Positions 28,560 to 45,723 of a stretch of 64,000 bases of DNA are shown one piece after another. The translations under genes and the position numbers were made by a program. The notes below the pieces were generated by a model. The model did no database searches and had not been told where the DNA came from. It was given only the letters and a program-made list of their open reading frames with translations. Origin of the DNA: Paraspadella gotoi (lineage: Eukaryota; Animalia; Chaetognatha). Positions within the stretch are counted from its first letter, which is position 1. Each line of letters begins with the position of its first letter. Location: assembly GCA_051294375.1 (NCBI GenBank), contig CM119265.1, forward strand, positions 16,953,172-17,017,171, given 5' to 3'.

Positions 28560-31500
28560 CGGTCCCTTTACCCTGTTGGGTTAATCGTCGTGCCTTCGTA
28601 AACAACATTGAAAATTTGGTGTCACTACCCTGGTTGTGCTCGCGCGAAACACGCAACTTCTCATATTCGAGAGAGAGTCGAGAGACTCGGTTGAATATGT
28701 GCACTAAAGAAAAATATGAGGACGCCACGCCGTCCGCACACAAGTTACTCGCACGCTCCCCCCCCTCCCCACACCTCCAGCCAACCCTGCCCCCCCCCAA
28801 CCCCAAACGCTTTTCCCTCCGCTTTTTTTTTTTCCGTCGGCTCAAATTCTAGACTTAATATTGATTTTTCCAAGTATAGGTTTCCATGAGCGGAGCCAAC
28901 TTCCATTAATTTTGGCACGGAATATGGAAACTTTTATCTCAGGTTGTTTCCCCTCCACGAGAAGAAATAGAGAAACGGCGTAAGTAGTAATTTGGGTTTA
29001 TTTTTCCGAATTATTATTCAGCGCGATCTTTTCCTCTACTCTTTCCTACCCCCAAGGGCCTCTCCAACTCCACGCCAAACGCTGTTCAGCCATGGGTCGT
29101 TGTAAAGTAAAATATTCCCGGCGAGCAAGAAAAAAAAAGTTTTTTTTTTTTTTGCCAACAACACATTTAATAAAAAAGCTAAATTTATGATTTTTTTGGG
29201 GGGACGGAAAAAATTTATTTAAAATTTTTACTTCCTCCCACCTCTCCTGTTTCTGGCACATGCATAGAATTATTAAAATTATAAAACTTAATGTACGCGA
29301 CGTCATAGTAATTTCCCGCCAGGGCCAGTTCCCTTCAACCCGCCGACGAAAATTTCCCGCCATAAGTTGAAAGTCCTAAATTTCAAACTCTGTCGCGGCT
29401 TCCATTTTCAATTCGTCGACGGTCGAAAAAAAAAACCGCACGCCGCCGATCGGCGCGCCCTCTGTTTCCTCTCCACCGCCTCCACGGCGGCCTTCCGCCA
29501 TCCGAAAAATGGGCGCGCAAGGTTTTATCGAGTTATTGGCATCCGTATAGCGACGATAACGATGAAATATGTACGACGACCGGAGAAGCTCGGGTTTTCC
29601 CATTTGTGCCGGCAATTAAGAGATTTTTAATGTACAACAGCGAAAAGATATCTCGCTCGTCGAGGAGAAAAAAAAAAAAGGCGAGGTTGTAAGCTTGATA
29701 GAGACAGAGGAGGGAGGGCCAAGACGGAGAATGAGATTGGGGGGGAAGGAAACTCTCGCGCAGCTATTTAATATGTAGATAAGATGCAGGCTTGATGCCA
29801 TGGCTGCCAGAACCGAGTTGTTAGCTATTAAAACCGGCGCGAGCTTAGTGTTTAGTTGCACTGTTCAAAGACGGTGCTTCGTGGTTTTGAGTTTAGTTAA
29901 GGCACAACTTATCTCAAACTCGGTCCACCCCCTCCTTCCCGCTTGAAGTCTCGGGTTTTGAAGTTGGGGTAGGAGGGTCGTATCTCTCTCTCCTCTCTCT
30001 CGCTCGAGTTGTCGCGGTTTTTTCCCCATTGCTCTCCCACCCCACCCCCCTCTCCCCCGCCTCCTTCACCCCCCCACTCCGAACTCGGCGACGCGCTCGA
30101 CTCGCTCGCGGCAACATTTAAACGCGTATATACATAGATACGTCACGTCGGCGGCCCGCGTTCACGTGACCCGTGACAAGCGTGACATCAGTCAAAATTT
30201 ATTGAGTTCAGGCACGACGTTAATATTATTCCGCGGGTCTTCGCGCGCGAAAGGGGGAGTGGGGGGCGGAAAGTCGGGATAGGGAAATAGGGAAAGCGAG
30301 ATGTTGGGTTTTGAAACGTAGTAACCGCGTATCCTATTTTTCCGATCGAGAGAGAGAGAGAGAAGAGAGAAGAGAGGAGAGGAGAGAGAGACAGGAGAGA
30401 AGAGAGAAGAGAGAACTCGCCCGCTTCAGTTGCCACCAACCTACTTTTTTTTCGCGTGGCAATTATTAAATGCTCGCAATTGCTACCCTCCTAAACATTA
30501 AAAACAGAAAAAATGCGATAAAACTTTCGCAGAAACGGAGAGAAAGCGCAGTTAAAGAAAAAAAAAGAAAAAAAAAGAAAAAAAAACCGTTTATTTCGTT
30601 CCATGGGGAACGTCATTTGCCGCTTCCTCTTCTGCCCCCCCCCCCTCTTTCTCTCTCTCTCGATTACGATGGAGAAAATTCTGCCGGCATTGTCGTTTGG
30701 CCCCGTTATAAAACGGAGACAGTTGAAATTTCCATTTTCCATAAGAAGCGTTCCTTGGTTCGGCGCAATACTTTGGGGAGAAATTGATGTCTTAACATTT
30801 CCGACTCTGAATCATAAAACTTTTCTCATCCCGAGTTTATGGCCAAAACTCGGCGACGTCTATGAAGAGTTTAAGGAGTGTCTTTCTTTTTTTTTTCTTC
30901 TTTCCGCGGTTCCCGACAATTTTTTTTTGAATCGTCATCATCTTTTATTCTCAGATTTTTACAGAATCTGTTAATAATCTGTATACAGATCATTTTACTT
31001 TTTTAAAAAAAATATAAATATGAATAAAAAGCATGAAAATCTATGAAAAATAAGCGAAAACTAATTATTTTATTTTTTAAATTCGTTGTACTGTTCACCC
31101 ACAGTACATTCTTTCATTTATCTCTGGAAAAAAAAAAGACCCCGTCGCGGAAATAATTTAATTGCTAAAAAAAAAAAAAAATTTGCAATCCTCGTAATGA
31201 AAAAGCGTTTGGCGAGCGACGTCGCTAAAAGAGGATCCACCTGAGAGCACCTCATGCATCATCTAGATATTCATTGCGACCGCAAATTTCGTATATATTT
31301 ACATGGAATCTCCCCCAAAATGGAACCTCCATCCCCGCCTCCGGTTTTTAAAGAGGAAACCGTTTCATTGAAAAAATGAATTAAATTCGGGAGGGAGGGA
31401 AAGTGAGAGAGAGTAAAAGGGAAGGCCTCCCTTCTAAAAACCCGTGCTCGATCGGGGCCTCCCTTAATTGTTCCCTTCACTCATCTGTCATTGAAAGACC

Positions 31501-34306
31501 TTGATTTCGGGCGGAGACCAGATGAGGCCGCGAGGTCCCCGACTGTAGACCATGCTTCCGAACTTGCTCGTATTTAATTTTTGTTGTTTTGTTGGAAATC
31601 AAGCCTAAAGGCGAGGACGGAGCGAGCGAGAGAGCAAGAGAAGGGAGAGCGGAATTATAAACTGATGCGGGGGAGCGGCGCGCCGCGGGGGAGATGGAGA
31701 GGTTGAGCGAGCGTCGTTTGGTGGTGGGGGGGTGGTGGCTGAAGGGCTAATTCCTTTTAAAATTTCGGAGTCGAATCTCATTCGGGAAACGAGATCACGT
31801 GACCACGAAAAAACGTCAACGTTAGATCACAAGATGGCGGCTTTTTCTTGGTCCCAGATCGGGACAATTCTTCGATGGACCGGAAAGTGACATCTGGGAA
31901 AATGAGTGGAGAAAAGTGAGTGAGACAACGAAAATTAGAAGAGAGAGAATGAAAGAAAAAGAAGTTTGAAATAAGTGGCGATGGCGGGGGAGACGTGAGC
32001 TAAATGGCTTGTTAAGAATAAAAAAGGTTAAGAATAAGAGACAAAAAAATCGAACGTAACAATGAAATGGTCAAAAAGAAAAAAAAAGAGAAAAACTGAA
32101 GAATTAAACGATAAAGGCTTCTTTCACTATTTTTTCAAACAAAAAATCCCGTAACAGACAATGCAAAATAAAAGGGTGATTGAAAGGGACGGAAAACAAC
32201 CCTGGCATTTCGGAAAAAGAAGTCACGACTTACCCGCGCACCCAACCCGAAAAGGGAAGGGTCAAGTCTCTCGAAAAACTGGCTTCCCATCTCGATCCTT
32301 CGGGTTTTTGGTTTTGCCTCCTCGGATCAAAAAATGCGTCGACAGATGCGGGCCCAATAACTATACAAAGGAATAGGGCATTTGAAATGAAGAAAGTGTA
32401 TGATTATTCTCGCGAAAAGACGAACCACGCTGCAGAGAATAATGAGTGGGCCGGATTTCGAGGGGCACGAAAGATGAGAGAGAGAGAGAGAGAGAGACGA
32501 GATGAGAGAGAGATGAGAGAGAGAGAGAGAGAGATGAGAAGAAGAAGAGAGAGAGAGGAGAGAGAGAGAGAGAGAAGTAAAAGAATAAAAAAAAGATAAA
32601 GAAATTAAAAAGGGAGAAGTAATTCTTTCTTCCAGCGAAGAAGCCGTCGGGCGATGGGGCCTGCCGGGCGTTTACGGTTTATCGAAAGCCTTCGAGAGAA
32701 ATTTTATGTAAATCAAATCGCCGACTATCGCATTAACTTTCGAGTGACGGGAGGGAATCACTTAACTGGGGATCGCCTCGATAAAAACTCGTTTTTATCT
32801 AAGATACATTCTGCTCTTTCGATTACAATTGACCCTATGGCCCAATTTTCTAATTCCTGCTTGTTTAAAAGCCGGGATCTCGATTTTCTTTTTCTATTTA
32901 ATTTTTCTTCTTTCTCAATTCTGCGCTTTCTCTTGTTTTTGATTTCATTTTATCTTTTCTTCTTATTCTTTCTTTCTTTATTTCGCCCCCGCTCGAAGAC
33001 CAGCGGGTTCCATTCTTCCATATGAGCGCGCAACGACGAAAGAGGCTTCGCTCTGTTGGAAATAATTGTTCTCTCAATGGGTTCGTCCATTCGGTCTTCC
33101 TCGCGAGAAACGAGACCAGAGCTGTTCGCACTGGTCCGAGGGTTTTTTTTGTCTCGGAGAGGATTCTTTTTTGGCGATACTACAATGTCTTAACCATTCC
33201 CTCCCTTTCCACTTTTTTTCATTTTTCCGGCTATAAATTATCCTTCCTTCATTTCGTACGGGTTGTTTTAAGACTTAAAACCTCTTCGATGAAGATGGTG
33301 AGGAAAAAAACCTGCCAAAAGCAGACCCCCAAAAAAAAGATGGTATCAATTATTTAATATATTATAGATCGAATTTTCTCTGGCTTTACTATTAATATTT
33401 AATTACGGAGAGTTGCGTTGAGCATTGATGAGGAGGACCAAGGATAAAGAGATTGTCGGGGGAAGAGGAGAAAAGAGACGGGGTTCGCGCGGTTTCAAGA
33501 AAAAAAAAGAGTTGATGCAGCTTTTGTCCGATGAAGGCAGCTGCTCTGATTCGATTTGGAACAAAGAGTGTTCGCGTGGTAGAGGGTTAGCCCTTCTGCG
33601 CGAAAGCCTTGCGTTCGATTTCCGACTCCGCGTATTAATGTAGTTTGACGACATTTGTAGTTGTCGATGTTCGCGCGTATGACGACTAAGATCGAGAAAC
33701 TGAAATGGTTAGAAATCGACGGATCAAACTCGATGCCTCGCGGTGAAGAAAAAAAAATCGCTTCTTCGTCGTCTCTGCCGATGGATGAAAACCTTGATTT
33801 CACGATAAAAGAAATAACTAGCGTTTGTATAAATGCCAACATACGACGAATGTCAATGCTGAGAAATGGGATTTTTCGGATATTATTTTATTTCCTTTAT
33901 TTAGGCCAATTAAAAAAAACAGAAAAAAACTTGGAAGTAAACAAGATTCTTTCCTTAACTTAATTTATCAAAAACTTCTCCATTATCTATCAAAACAAGG
34001 AAAGGCGAGGGAAAAGAACGAAATTTTTCAAAGTGCGAAAAATTCGAGTTAAAATCTTAATGCGTACATCATGAGCGAACAAATATGTATTCTCATTTTT
34101 TTACTTGTACGTTCCAATTTCGTTACACCAATAATTCGTTATTTCCTCCTCTTCAGGACAAATTTTCCGGTCCGTTGACGCCCTCGTCACCGCCGCATCT
34201 CCACGGCAGCTTGTCCAAAGAAATTCCACCGCCGCCCCCAACCGACGTCGTCTCAACGCTTTTTCGCCCTTCAACTTTTTCCGGGCGGCCACCAGGCCAA
34301 AAAGGA
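20551..34306 (+). repeat. Copy 2 of the zinc-finger gene 5' block
   Basis: Colinear with copy 1. ~32500-34305 reads identical to ~18275-20078 (offset 14225; the ORF track repeats exactly) and ends at the same breakpoint in exon 2. Confidence 0.85.
26784..27049 (+). pseudogene. Second frameshifted copy of zinc-finger gene exon 1 (likely sequencing-error copy)
   Basis: Matches 44039-44299 including the cag|gtgagt donor; indels break the frame. Confidence 0.7.
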
Positions 34307-35616
34307 CCCCCCCTTCCATTCTGCCTCCCGGGCACCCACGGTTACCCAACGGTTACGCTCTGTCTCTCTCTCGCTCTCTCTCCCGCTTTCTATCTCTGTC
34401 TCGCTCCCTCTCTCTAGCTCTCACACGGAGTAGTGCCGGCCCCTCTCCTTTCGCTCCCGACCAGGCTTATCTTCCTCCTTTCTTCGTCCATAATTTGTAT
34501 CATTCATTTCTGCCGCGTCGATCTGAACGTCTTAGGCTTTCAGCTCTTAGGACTCCTCCATTTTAATTTTCTTTTCTTTCATATTCNNNNNNNNNNNNNN
34601 NNNNNNNNNNNNNNNNNNNNNNNNNNNNNNNNNNNNNNNNNNNNNNNNNNNNNNNNNNNNNNNNNNNNNNNNNNNNNNNNNNNNNNNNNNNNNNNNNNNN
34701 NNNNNNNNNNNNNNNNNNNNNNNNNNNNNNNNNNNNNNNNNNNNNNNNNNNNNNNNNNNNNNNNNNNNNNNNNNNNNNNNNNNNNNNNNNNNNNNNNNNN
34801 NNNNNNNNNNNNNNNNNNNNNNNNNNNNNNNNNNNNNNNNNNNNNNNNNNNNNNNNNNNNNNNNNNNNNNNNNNNNNNNNNNNNNNNNNNNNNNNNNNNN
34901 NNNNNNNNNNNNNNNNNNNNNNNNNNNNNNNNNNNNNNNNNNNNNNGGGGGGGGAGAGATAGAGAAAAGAGGAAAAAGCAACCTTTAAATAAAAAAAAAT
35001 TTCAAAATCTTAAAATCCAAATCCTTCCACGTTTTCATTTTATTTAATCTCCATCTTTTCGCGCTGTCGCGTTTTGTGGAAGGCGAGATTTCGTCGAGCG
35101 ATAAAATTTACAGTTTTTTACGTCTCCTCCACCTGTTCCGTGTATCGGAAAAGTTCTTTTCCCCATTTATTCTCACCTGTGTTAAAAGTATCGGGAAAAC
35201 TTGTTTTACTTTCGGCGCGCTAATAAGGACAGAAGCTCTTGACTTGTATTAAATTTCTAATACTATGTTTGAGATATTAATCTATATATTAATAGTAAAA
35301 TAATAAGTAACTATTTTAAATTGTTGCAGTTTACCTAGATCGATATAAATCTCATATTACTTTGTTTTTTTTTCCTTTCTTGAAAATCTTTTCCGCAATT
35401 TTCACGACCAGGTCATTTGTGAAGTTTTTTCGTATCTTAAATATTTTTCTGTTAAAGTTAATAAAATTAAAAATATCAGAACTCTACTTTATTTCAACTA
35501 CGCTCATACCGACACTCGATCATCGGCACGCTTGTGTCGGCGTTCTTCCTGTCGACACGATACGGCTCTCGCCGACACGCTCTGCCGACGCAGCTCTACA
35601 ATGAGAAAAATCTTCT

Positions 35617-38514
<2,898 letters not shown>

Positions 38515-38634
38515 NNNNNNNNNNNNNNNNNNNNNNNNNGTTAGTGTATTAGCCCATAAATCAGGAGGCGAAATGCGCGAGGAGGAAGAGGAAGGAAGAG
38601 GTTTTTATTATTACTCTCTCTCTTACTCTCTCTC

Positions 38635-38668
<34 letters not shown>

Positions 38669-39374
38669 CCTCTTCGCAACGGTATAAGTAAGGCGGAAAG
38701 TGGCGGAGGGGGGAGAGATAGAGAAAAGAGGAAAAAGCAACCTTTAAATAAAAAAAAATTTCAAAATCTTAAAATCCAAATCCTTCCACGTTTTCATTTT
38801 ATTTAATCTCCTCTTTTCGCGCTGTCGCGTTTTGTGGAAGGCGAGATTTCGTCGAGCGATAAAATTTACAGTTTTTTACGTCTCCTCCACCTGTTCCGTG
38901 TTATCGGAAAAGTTCTTTTCCCCATTTATTCTCACCTGTGTTAAAAGTATCGGGAAAACTTGTTTTACTTTCGGCGCGCTATAAGGAAGAAGCTTCTTGA
39001 CTTTTATAAATTTCTAATACTATGTTGACGATATCTAATCTATATATTAATAAGTAAATAATAAGTAACGTATTTTAATATGTGGTTGCAGTTTACCTAG
39101 ATCGAATATAAATCTCATATTACTTTGTTTTCTTTTTCCTTTCTTGGAAATCTTTTCCGCAATTTTCACGACCAGGTCATTTGTGAAGTATTTTTCGTAA
39201 TTTAAATATTTTTCTGTTAAAGTAATAAAATTAAAAATATCAGAACTCTCTTTATTTCAACTACGCTCATACCGACAACTCGATCATCGGCACGCTTGTG
39301 TCGGCGTTCTTCCCTTTCGACACATACGGCTCTCGCCGACACGCTCTGCCGACGCAGCTCTACAATGAGAAGAA

Positions 39375-39457
<83 letters not shown>

Positions 39458-40308
39458 ATATTCCCCCGACAACGGGTTTCATTCCTCTCCGAATCGCCGG
39501 TGGCCTTTGTCCCTTTCCGTTAGACCCCCCCCCCAAAACCTCAACCCCATTTTCCTTTCCCACCCATTCGAGTCTTCTCTCTTTTCATTGGCAGGTGTGT
39601 CCGTGCGTCCGTCCCCGTGGAATCGCCAGGTCGATCACGTGACCGGGCCTTCTTTGATTTCGTTAAGTCGCCTTTCCTCCTCCTCCTCCCCCCCCCCCCC
39701 TAGTGGCCACAGATCGGTCATCGCTGCTCCCTCTTACTCGAGGTCACCTACGAGCCCTTCTCCGCCCATCCTCCGCCTTCCATCTTGGCGCTCGAAAAAA
39801 AATAAAAATTAACTCAAAAAAAAAGAAAGAAAAGGTTTTAGAAAGAAAAAAAAGAAACGTCTCCCTTTCCCCTGACTAAAGACGAGAAATAAAAAGCCAA
39901 AGATCACCACCGCCCCCCCCATCAATTTCTTGAATCTCGTTTGCCGGACATCAGCGTATGAAAAAGGCCCCTTTTGCCCCTTTTTGGCCTTCCAACCGCG
40001 GTTCCATCATCATCTCCTCATCCTCTCCTCCTCGCCCTCACCCTTTTTTCGCTCCTCCTCCTCTCCTCCTCGCCGTTTCCTCTTCGTCGACGTCGTCGTT
40101 CCTCCTTCTGCTCTTCTCTTCCTCCTCCTCTTCCTCCGAGAACGAAACGTCCGTCGGCTCGTTCCTGTTCCCGCGCCAATCCTTCACGAGGCACCAAAGT
40201 TTTGTCCACGTGACCGACGACGACGAAGAGGACGACTTACGAGTCGAGCGACGAGTCCAAAAACACAGACCATCGCCTCTCTTCTCTCTCTCTCTCTCTC
40301 TCTCCTCT

Positions 40309-40383
<75 letters not shown>

Positions 40384-42524
40384 CTCTCTCTCAAGAAAAA
40401 AAAAGCTCTCTCGCTCGCTAGTTCTCTCTCTTTCTCTCGATCTACCCGTGTGGCTCGCAATTCTCTAGCCCTAACGTCGTCGCTCGGGCCGGTTTTTAAT
40501 CCTTGGTTTCGTCATCGTCGTCGTCGTCGTCGTCGTCATCTTTCATCGATTGTGAATCAAAAATTAATTTTTCCCTTTTCGTTCTCTCTCGTTCTCGATC
40601 CCTATCGCTCGCTGGCCCCTTCGAAATTAACCGGAACGAAAAGAATAAAAATTTAATCTTACTATAATTTTATTTCTTTTTTTCTTCTTTCTTTGTCACT
40701 ACACGAATATTTTTTGTGGGAAGGGAAGCGCTTAAAACTGAGTCATCGCCTATCTTGAGTCGGCGATTTCCTACGTTTGCTTCATTTTTAAGGAGAGTCC
40801 TTTTTTTTGTTTGTTTTTATTTCTTTTCCTTTTTTTTTTTTAATTTGAGTCGCTTTAGAGAATCTCATTAAAAAAATTTCGGGGAAAAAAATTTTCTTTC
40901 GTTCGTCGCTGCCGGAAAAAATAAAAGCGGAAAGAAAAATTGTTCCAAGAAAAATAATGAAAAAAAAAACCCGGTTCGTTAAAAAGGAAAGATTTCTTCG
41001 TAATAAGCGTGCCATTTCGGTTTTATTCCCCCCCCCCAAAAAAAAGAAACGAGTTAAAGCGGTCCGTCTATTAATTGACGAAAGGTGACAAGCTAATTAC
41101 GGGGACGAAAAAGTCAAACAAACAAAAAGACAAAAGGTTATACGACGACAATGAGGACGACGACAAAGAAGACAGATCTCCGAAACAGTTTCTCCTCTCC
41201 TCACTCTCTATTTTCTTCACAGACGAGGATTTTAATTGGCCTTCGAAGATCGAAAAAAAAAAAAAAAAAAAAACAACACCGAATTCGACTAATATCGCCA
41301 ACGTTATGATTTTTAAACGTGTGGTTTCCTTTATTTTCGTCCAGGTCAAAGTTTAAAGAACTAAAAATTCGCGCGGAAAAAACAAAAAAACAAAGAATCT
41401 TTTTGCGGCCTAACGATTCCCGGTTTCCCGGGATTTCTTCCTTTCGTCGTCGTGAACGTCGTCGTCTTAGCGATACGCTGTCACGCGCGCCCCTTTCGCG
41501 CTCGCGATTGCCACTTGTTGTAAGACGCTGACGTCACTCGATATGGGGGGGGGCGCGCCACGAGGCCAGGGAAGAAGAGAAGCGCTTTTTTTTCGCGTCG
41601 AGAATGACGACGGAAACGCGGGGCGCATCCACGTCGTCGTCGTGGTCGTCGTCGGCGCAGCGATAGTCGTCGTCCTCGCTCCGGGTTACTATCGTCGCCG
41701 TTGTCGTCGTTCGACGCGCCTCTTTTTTTTTTTTTAACTTATTACGATTTGTATTTGACTTCGTCGCTTTGTCGTTCCTTCGCTTCTTTTGGTTCCTCTT
41801 CTCGTCGGCGTAATCGGCGTCGTCGGCGTCTTGCGTAGAATTAAGCGACGCCTCTTTCCATCTTCACTTCCACCTCATTGTCTCTCTTTCTTTTTACTAC
41901 TTCGCCGAGGAATCGCTTTGGACGCGATCTTTGTGACTCGAGTCAGCGACTCTGAATCTAGTATCTATATTCTTTGAACTCAGTCGGACCTCAGTGGGAC
42001 TCTGACTCAATCGATCTCTTCTTTGAACCTCGTTGTGACTATGACTCGGCCCTTTTATCCTTTGAACTTTTGCTGTGATTCTTAGTGTATTTCCATTTTT
42101 ACTCAACCTTACTCAACCTTCTCACTTTTCGGGCCGATCGATTTGAGTTCACACCCAAGTCTTTCACTCGAATCTGCTTTCATGTTCTCTCCGAAGCCTC
42201 ACAACTATGAAGCCATTTTCCGTGTTTGTAATTATTAATTTTACTCACATTGTCTACACTAATAAACGTCATAAGTTAACTCTATAGTTTCATCCCTCCA
42301 CTTTTAACTTTTTTCCTTTCCTCCATTTCATCCCTCCACTTTAAACTTCTTTTCTTTCCTCCGTTTCATCCCTCCACTTTAAACTTCTTTCCTTTTCTCC
42401 GTTCTCCCTCGGTTTTTCCACGCGCGATTTTAATGAAAACGTTCGCCATCGCCTCCACTTCGTCTCTGCCGTCGCCGCCTGCAGCAAATCAAACATTCGC
42501 AAAGATTCTCTCACTATTTTTTTT

Positions 42525-42589
<65 letters not shown>

Positions 42590-44038
42590 TTTTAGTTTTT
42601 ACCCCGTGTCCGTTCGCGAGTGACACCCAAAAAATGCGTACCATTTCTCACTGGATAAATGTTTTTTAAATTTTATTTCCTCATTCTGTAGCAAAGTACT
42701 AGACGTTTATTATATTTTAATTTCATAAGATTAATTTGATATTTACTTATGTAAAACAACCTTTCTTTAATGGTCATCAAATTCCATCTTCAGTAAAAAA
42801 CTGAATCTTTTTAAAAAAAATCATTATAAATTGATTACTTAAAATTATTAAAATTCATTTATACTATTAAATTAAGAATTATCTGGGAATAATATAAAAT
42901 AATTATTCAAGAAAGTCAAGAACATGCTCAGGACAGCATTTTTTCTAATTGGACGAATAAAGAAAACTTAAGATTTACAATTAAAAAAATAAATAAAAAA
43001 TCATTACTCAGAAGTTACACAACATTACGATAATTCAGATACGCCATTGATTAAACCATTAATAGGGATTTCTTATGTTGTAAAATTTTTTTAAAACTCA
43101 ATCAAGAACACGCTTAAAATGGTCTTTTTTTCGACAATTTTATTGTGTTAAATAAAAAATTAAACATAGAATAGTAAATAAATGAAACTTATACATAAAA
43201 AAAGTCAAGTAGTTCTCAAACTAATGATATACTTATAAATAATATTTATTAAATATTTAAAGTATAGTAAAGATTTTTTTTGTGTCACTCGCGAACGGAC
43301 ACGGTGTAGTTTGTTGCTCTTCTCATGACCAAAATTAATCTCTTTTCTCCCGAATCTCCCTTTTCTCTCTCTCTTTCTCTCATACTCTCTCACTCCCCCC
43401 TTTTTCGTTCGATCCTCTTCCTCCTTTTTTTTTTTGTTTTCAATTCATTAACGAAATGCATTTTGACTTTCTACTAGAAAAAAAAATCTCTCGAAACGAT
43501 AGGGAAAAAAAAAAAAGATTTCTAAATTTTTGATAGTAACCCATTTTCTTTTTTCTCTCTTCTTCTCTCACTTTCGTTAAGTCGCCGTCGAAATTTTTTT
43601 TTTTCTTCAAATTTTGTCATTTGATGAAAGTAATCCATTTGGTTGTTATCTGCAGATCCATTACCGGCCAAACGCCATGACAGCTTTCTTATGATCTCCT
43701 CATTCTTTCCATTGTCCTCGTCTCTCCTCTTCGTCGGAGAAAAGAAAGACTGAATCTGCCAGAAAAGAAAGAAGAAGAAGAAGAAAAAAAAAAAGGAAAG
43801 AGAAAAACTCTGGTTCTTCTCCTTAATTTCCCTTCACGATCCATCGCGGCGAGAGGAAAAAGACGAAACGCGTCCCTCGTCTCGCTCTCCATCTTTCCAC
43901 TCGCTCTCTAGCTTCGCTCACGTCACGAAGCGAAAGACTTTTCACCCTTAAACCGAATTCCCGCTTCTTCCGACAAAGTACAACGACAACAAAAACTTTA
44001 TATATCTTAGCCGCCACGCCCGTTTCTCATTCGACCAA

Positions 44039-44299
44039 ATGGCGCTGATGGAGCAGCCGCTCGACTTCTCCGCCGGATCGAAAAAGCGCAAGTTGGAGGC
44101 GCCAGAGTTTTCGCCGACCTCGAGCGACGCCATGATGGGCGCCGGGGACGGCGAGGACCGCAGCGGCGCTGGCAGCGACGTCATCGCCCGCGTGAGTCTT
44201 CACCACGCCCCTGGGATGTCGGGCATGTCCAGTCCCGAAGACTCGGGCCGAGAGATGTCGCCGCGAGAGAGCAGTCCGCAGTCGAGTCTTCACGTACAG
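44039..44299 (+). CDS. Zinc-finger gene coding exon 1 (MALMEQPLDFSAGSKKRKLE...SSLHVQ)
   Basis: 87 open codons ending at CAG|GTGAGT, in phase 0 with the exon at 51247. This is the only one of the three copies with an open frame. Confidence 0.75.
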
Positions 44300-45661
44300 G
44301 TGAGTTATTGTGGTTTTGATTTTGTTTATCAGTAGTAATTTAAAGTACCTATTTTCAATATCTTTAAGTTTAATTTTTTGAAAATAAGATCGTTCAGCAA
44401 ATATTTATTTACTGTAATTATGGCTTGCACGAACCAAAAAATTTTCGAAACGATTTAAAAAAAAATTATTAACTATTATTAATATTGAACTTTTTTTTCG
44501 ACTGGCCTTTTATCTTTCAAGCGAGTGAACATTTTTCATATCCGCGCGCTAAAGGACAAAAATCAAATTAAAGCGAGTATCGGGTCTCATAACTAGATAT
44601 CGAAATTTATCGCGACTAATTTGTTTACTCTGTAAAATTGAAAAAAAAAGAAGCGAAGGGGGAAAGCTAACGGCGGCCGGCAGAAGGCGTTCAAAGTTTC
44701 GCGTTTCGGTCGAAAGAGAAAAAGAAAAAAAAAGGAAAAAACAGAGAGCAGAGTCGAATGAGACTTTTCTTTGACATGAGTCATCGCATCGTCAGCATCA
44801 CAATCAGAATCGAGGGGGAATTGTTGACGCTAACGAAACATTTGCGCTCCGAGTTTTCCTCGGCTCATCTCGTTAACTACGTCTGTTCGTGCTATTGGCC
44901 AATGAGCCCTTCTTCGTTAACGTCCGATCGGGAAGATAGACAACACTCTTTGAGTTTGAGATGATTCAAAAATCGAAATGACCGTCGTCGTCGTCGTCTG
45001 TCGTTTGTAACCTGCGACTCCGCCCGCGTTTAAAGTTCAAACGTAAGCAAAGCCTGACTCCGGTCGGTCGATATAACAAACCCGCTTTTTCGAGCCCGCG
45101 GGGCCAGATCGCGCAGAACCTGAAAAACGGAAGAAAAAAAAAGCGAAAAAGCGGCGGTGATCCACATCTTTTGGGTCACGCAACCTTTCCATTTATTTAA
45201 TGATATGAGTCGCGCGAGGACCTGGTTACGTTTATCGTCTCGAATTCGATTCGACGGAGAAGCGTCTTCTCGATCTTTTCTTCCGATTAAATTCTCTCTT
45301 CTTTTTCTCTGTATTCGTGAAAGCATAAACACGAGCGGCTTATCCCGACGCGCGGGAAGAAACCGTCTCTGTAGCGTCGAGAGCGAATATCGATAAACGA
45401 ACGAGCAAAGTGAGAGCGAAACACTATTTCTACGCGGGAAGGGGGGGGGGTGCTGGGAGGGTTCGGTTTACGAGAACAGGCAAAGGGGCGCCTCTCCCCT
45501 TTGGAGAAAGAGAGAGACGGCAAATTATCGATTTCTCTCTCTCGTGCTCTCTCTTAAAGTATTCCAGTTAAAGTCTTTCAGTTGGTAAGTGTCATGAAAG
45601 AGTTTCCAATTTTTCTCTTCCTTCGTTAATTTTCCCCTCCCGATCCCAACCCTCTCTCTTT

Positions 45662-45723
<62 letters not shown>

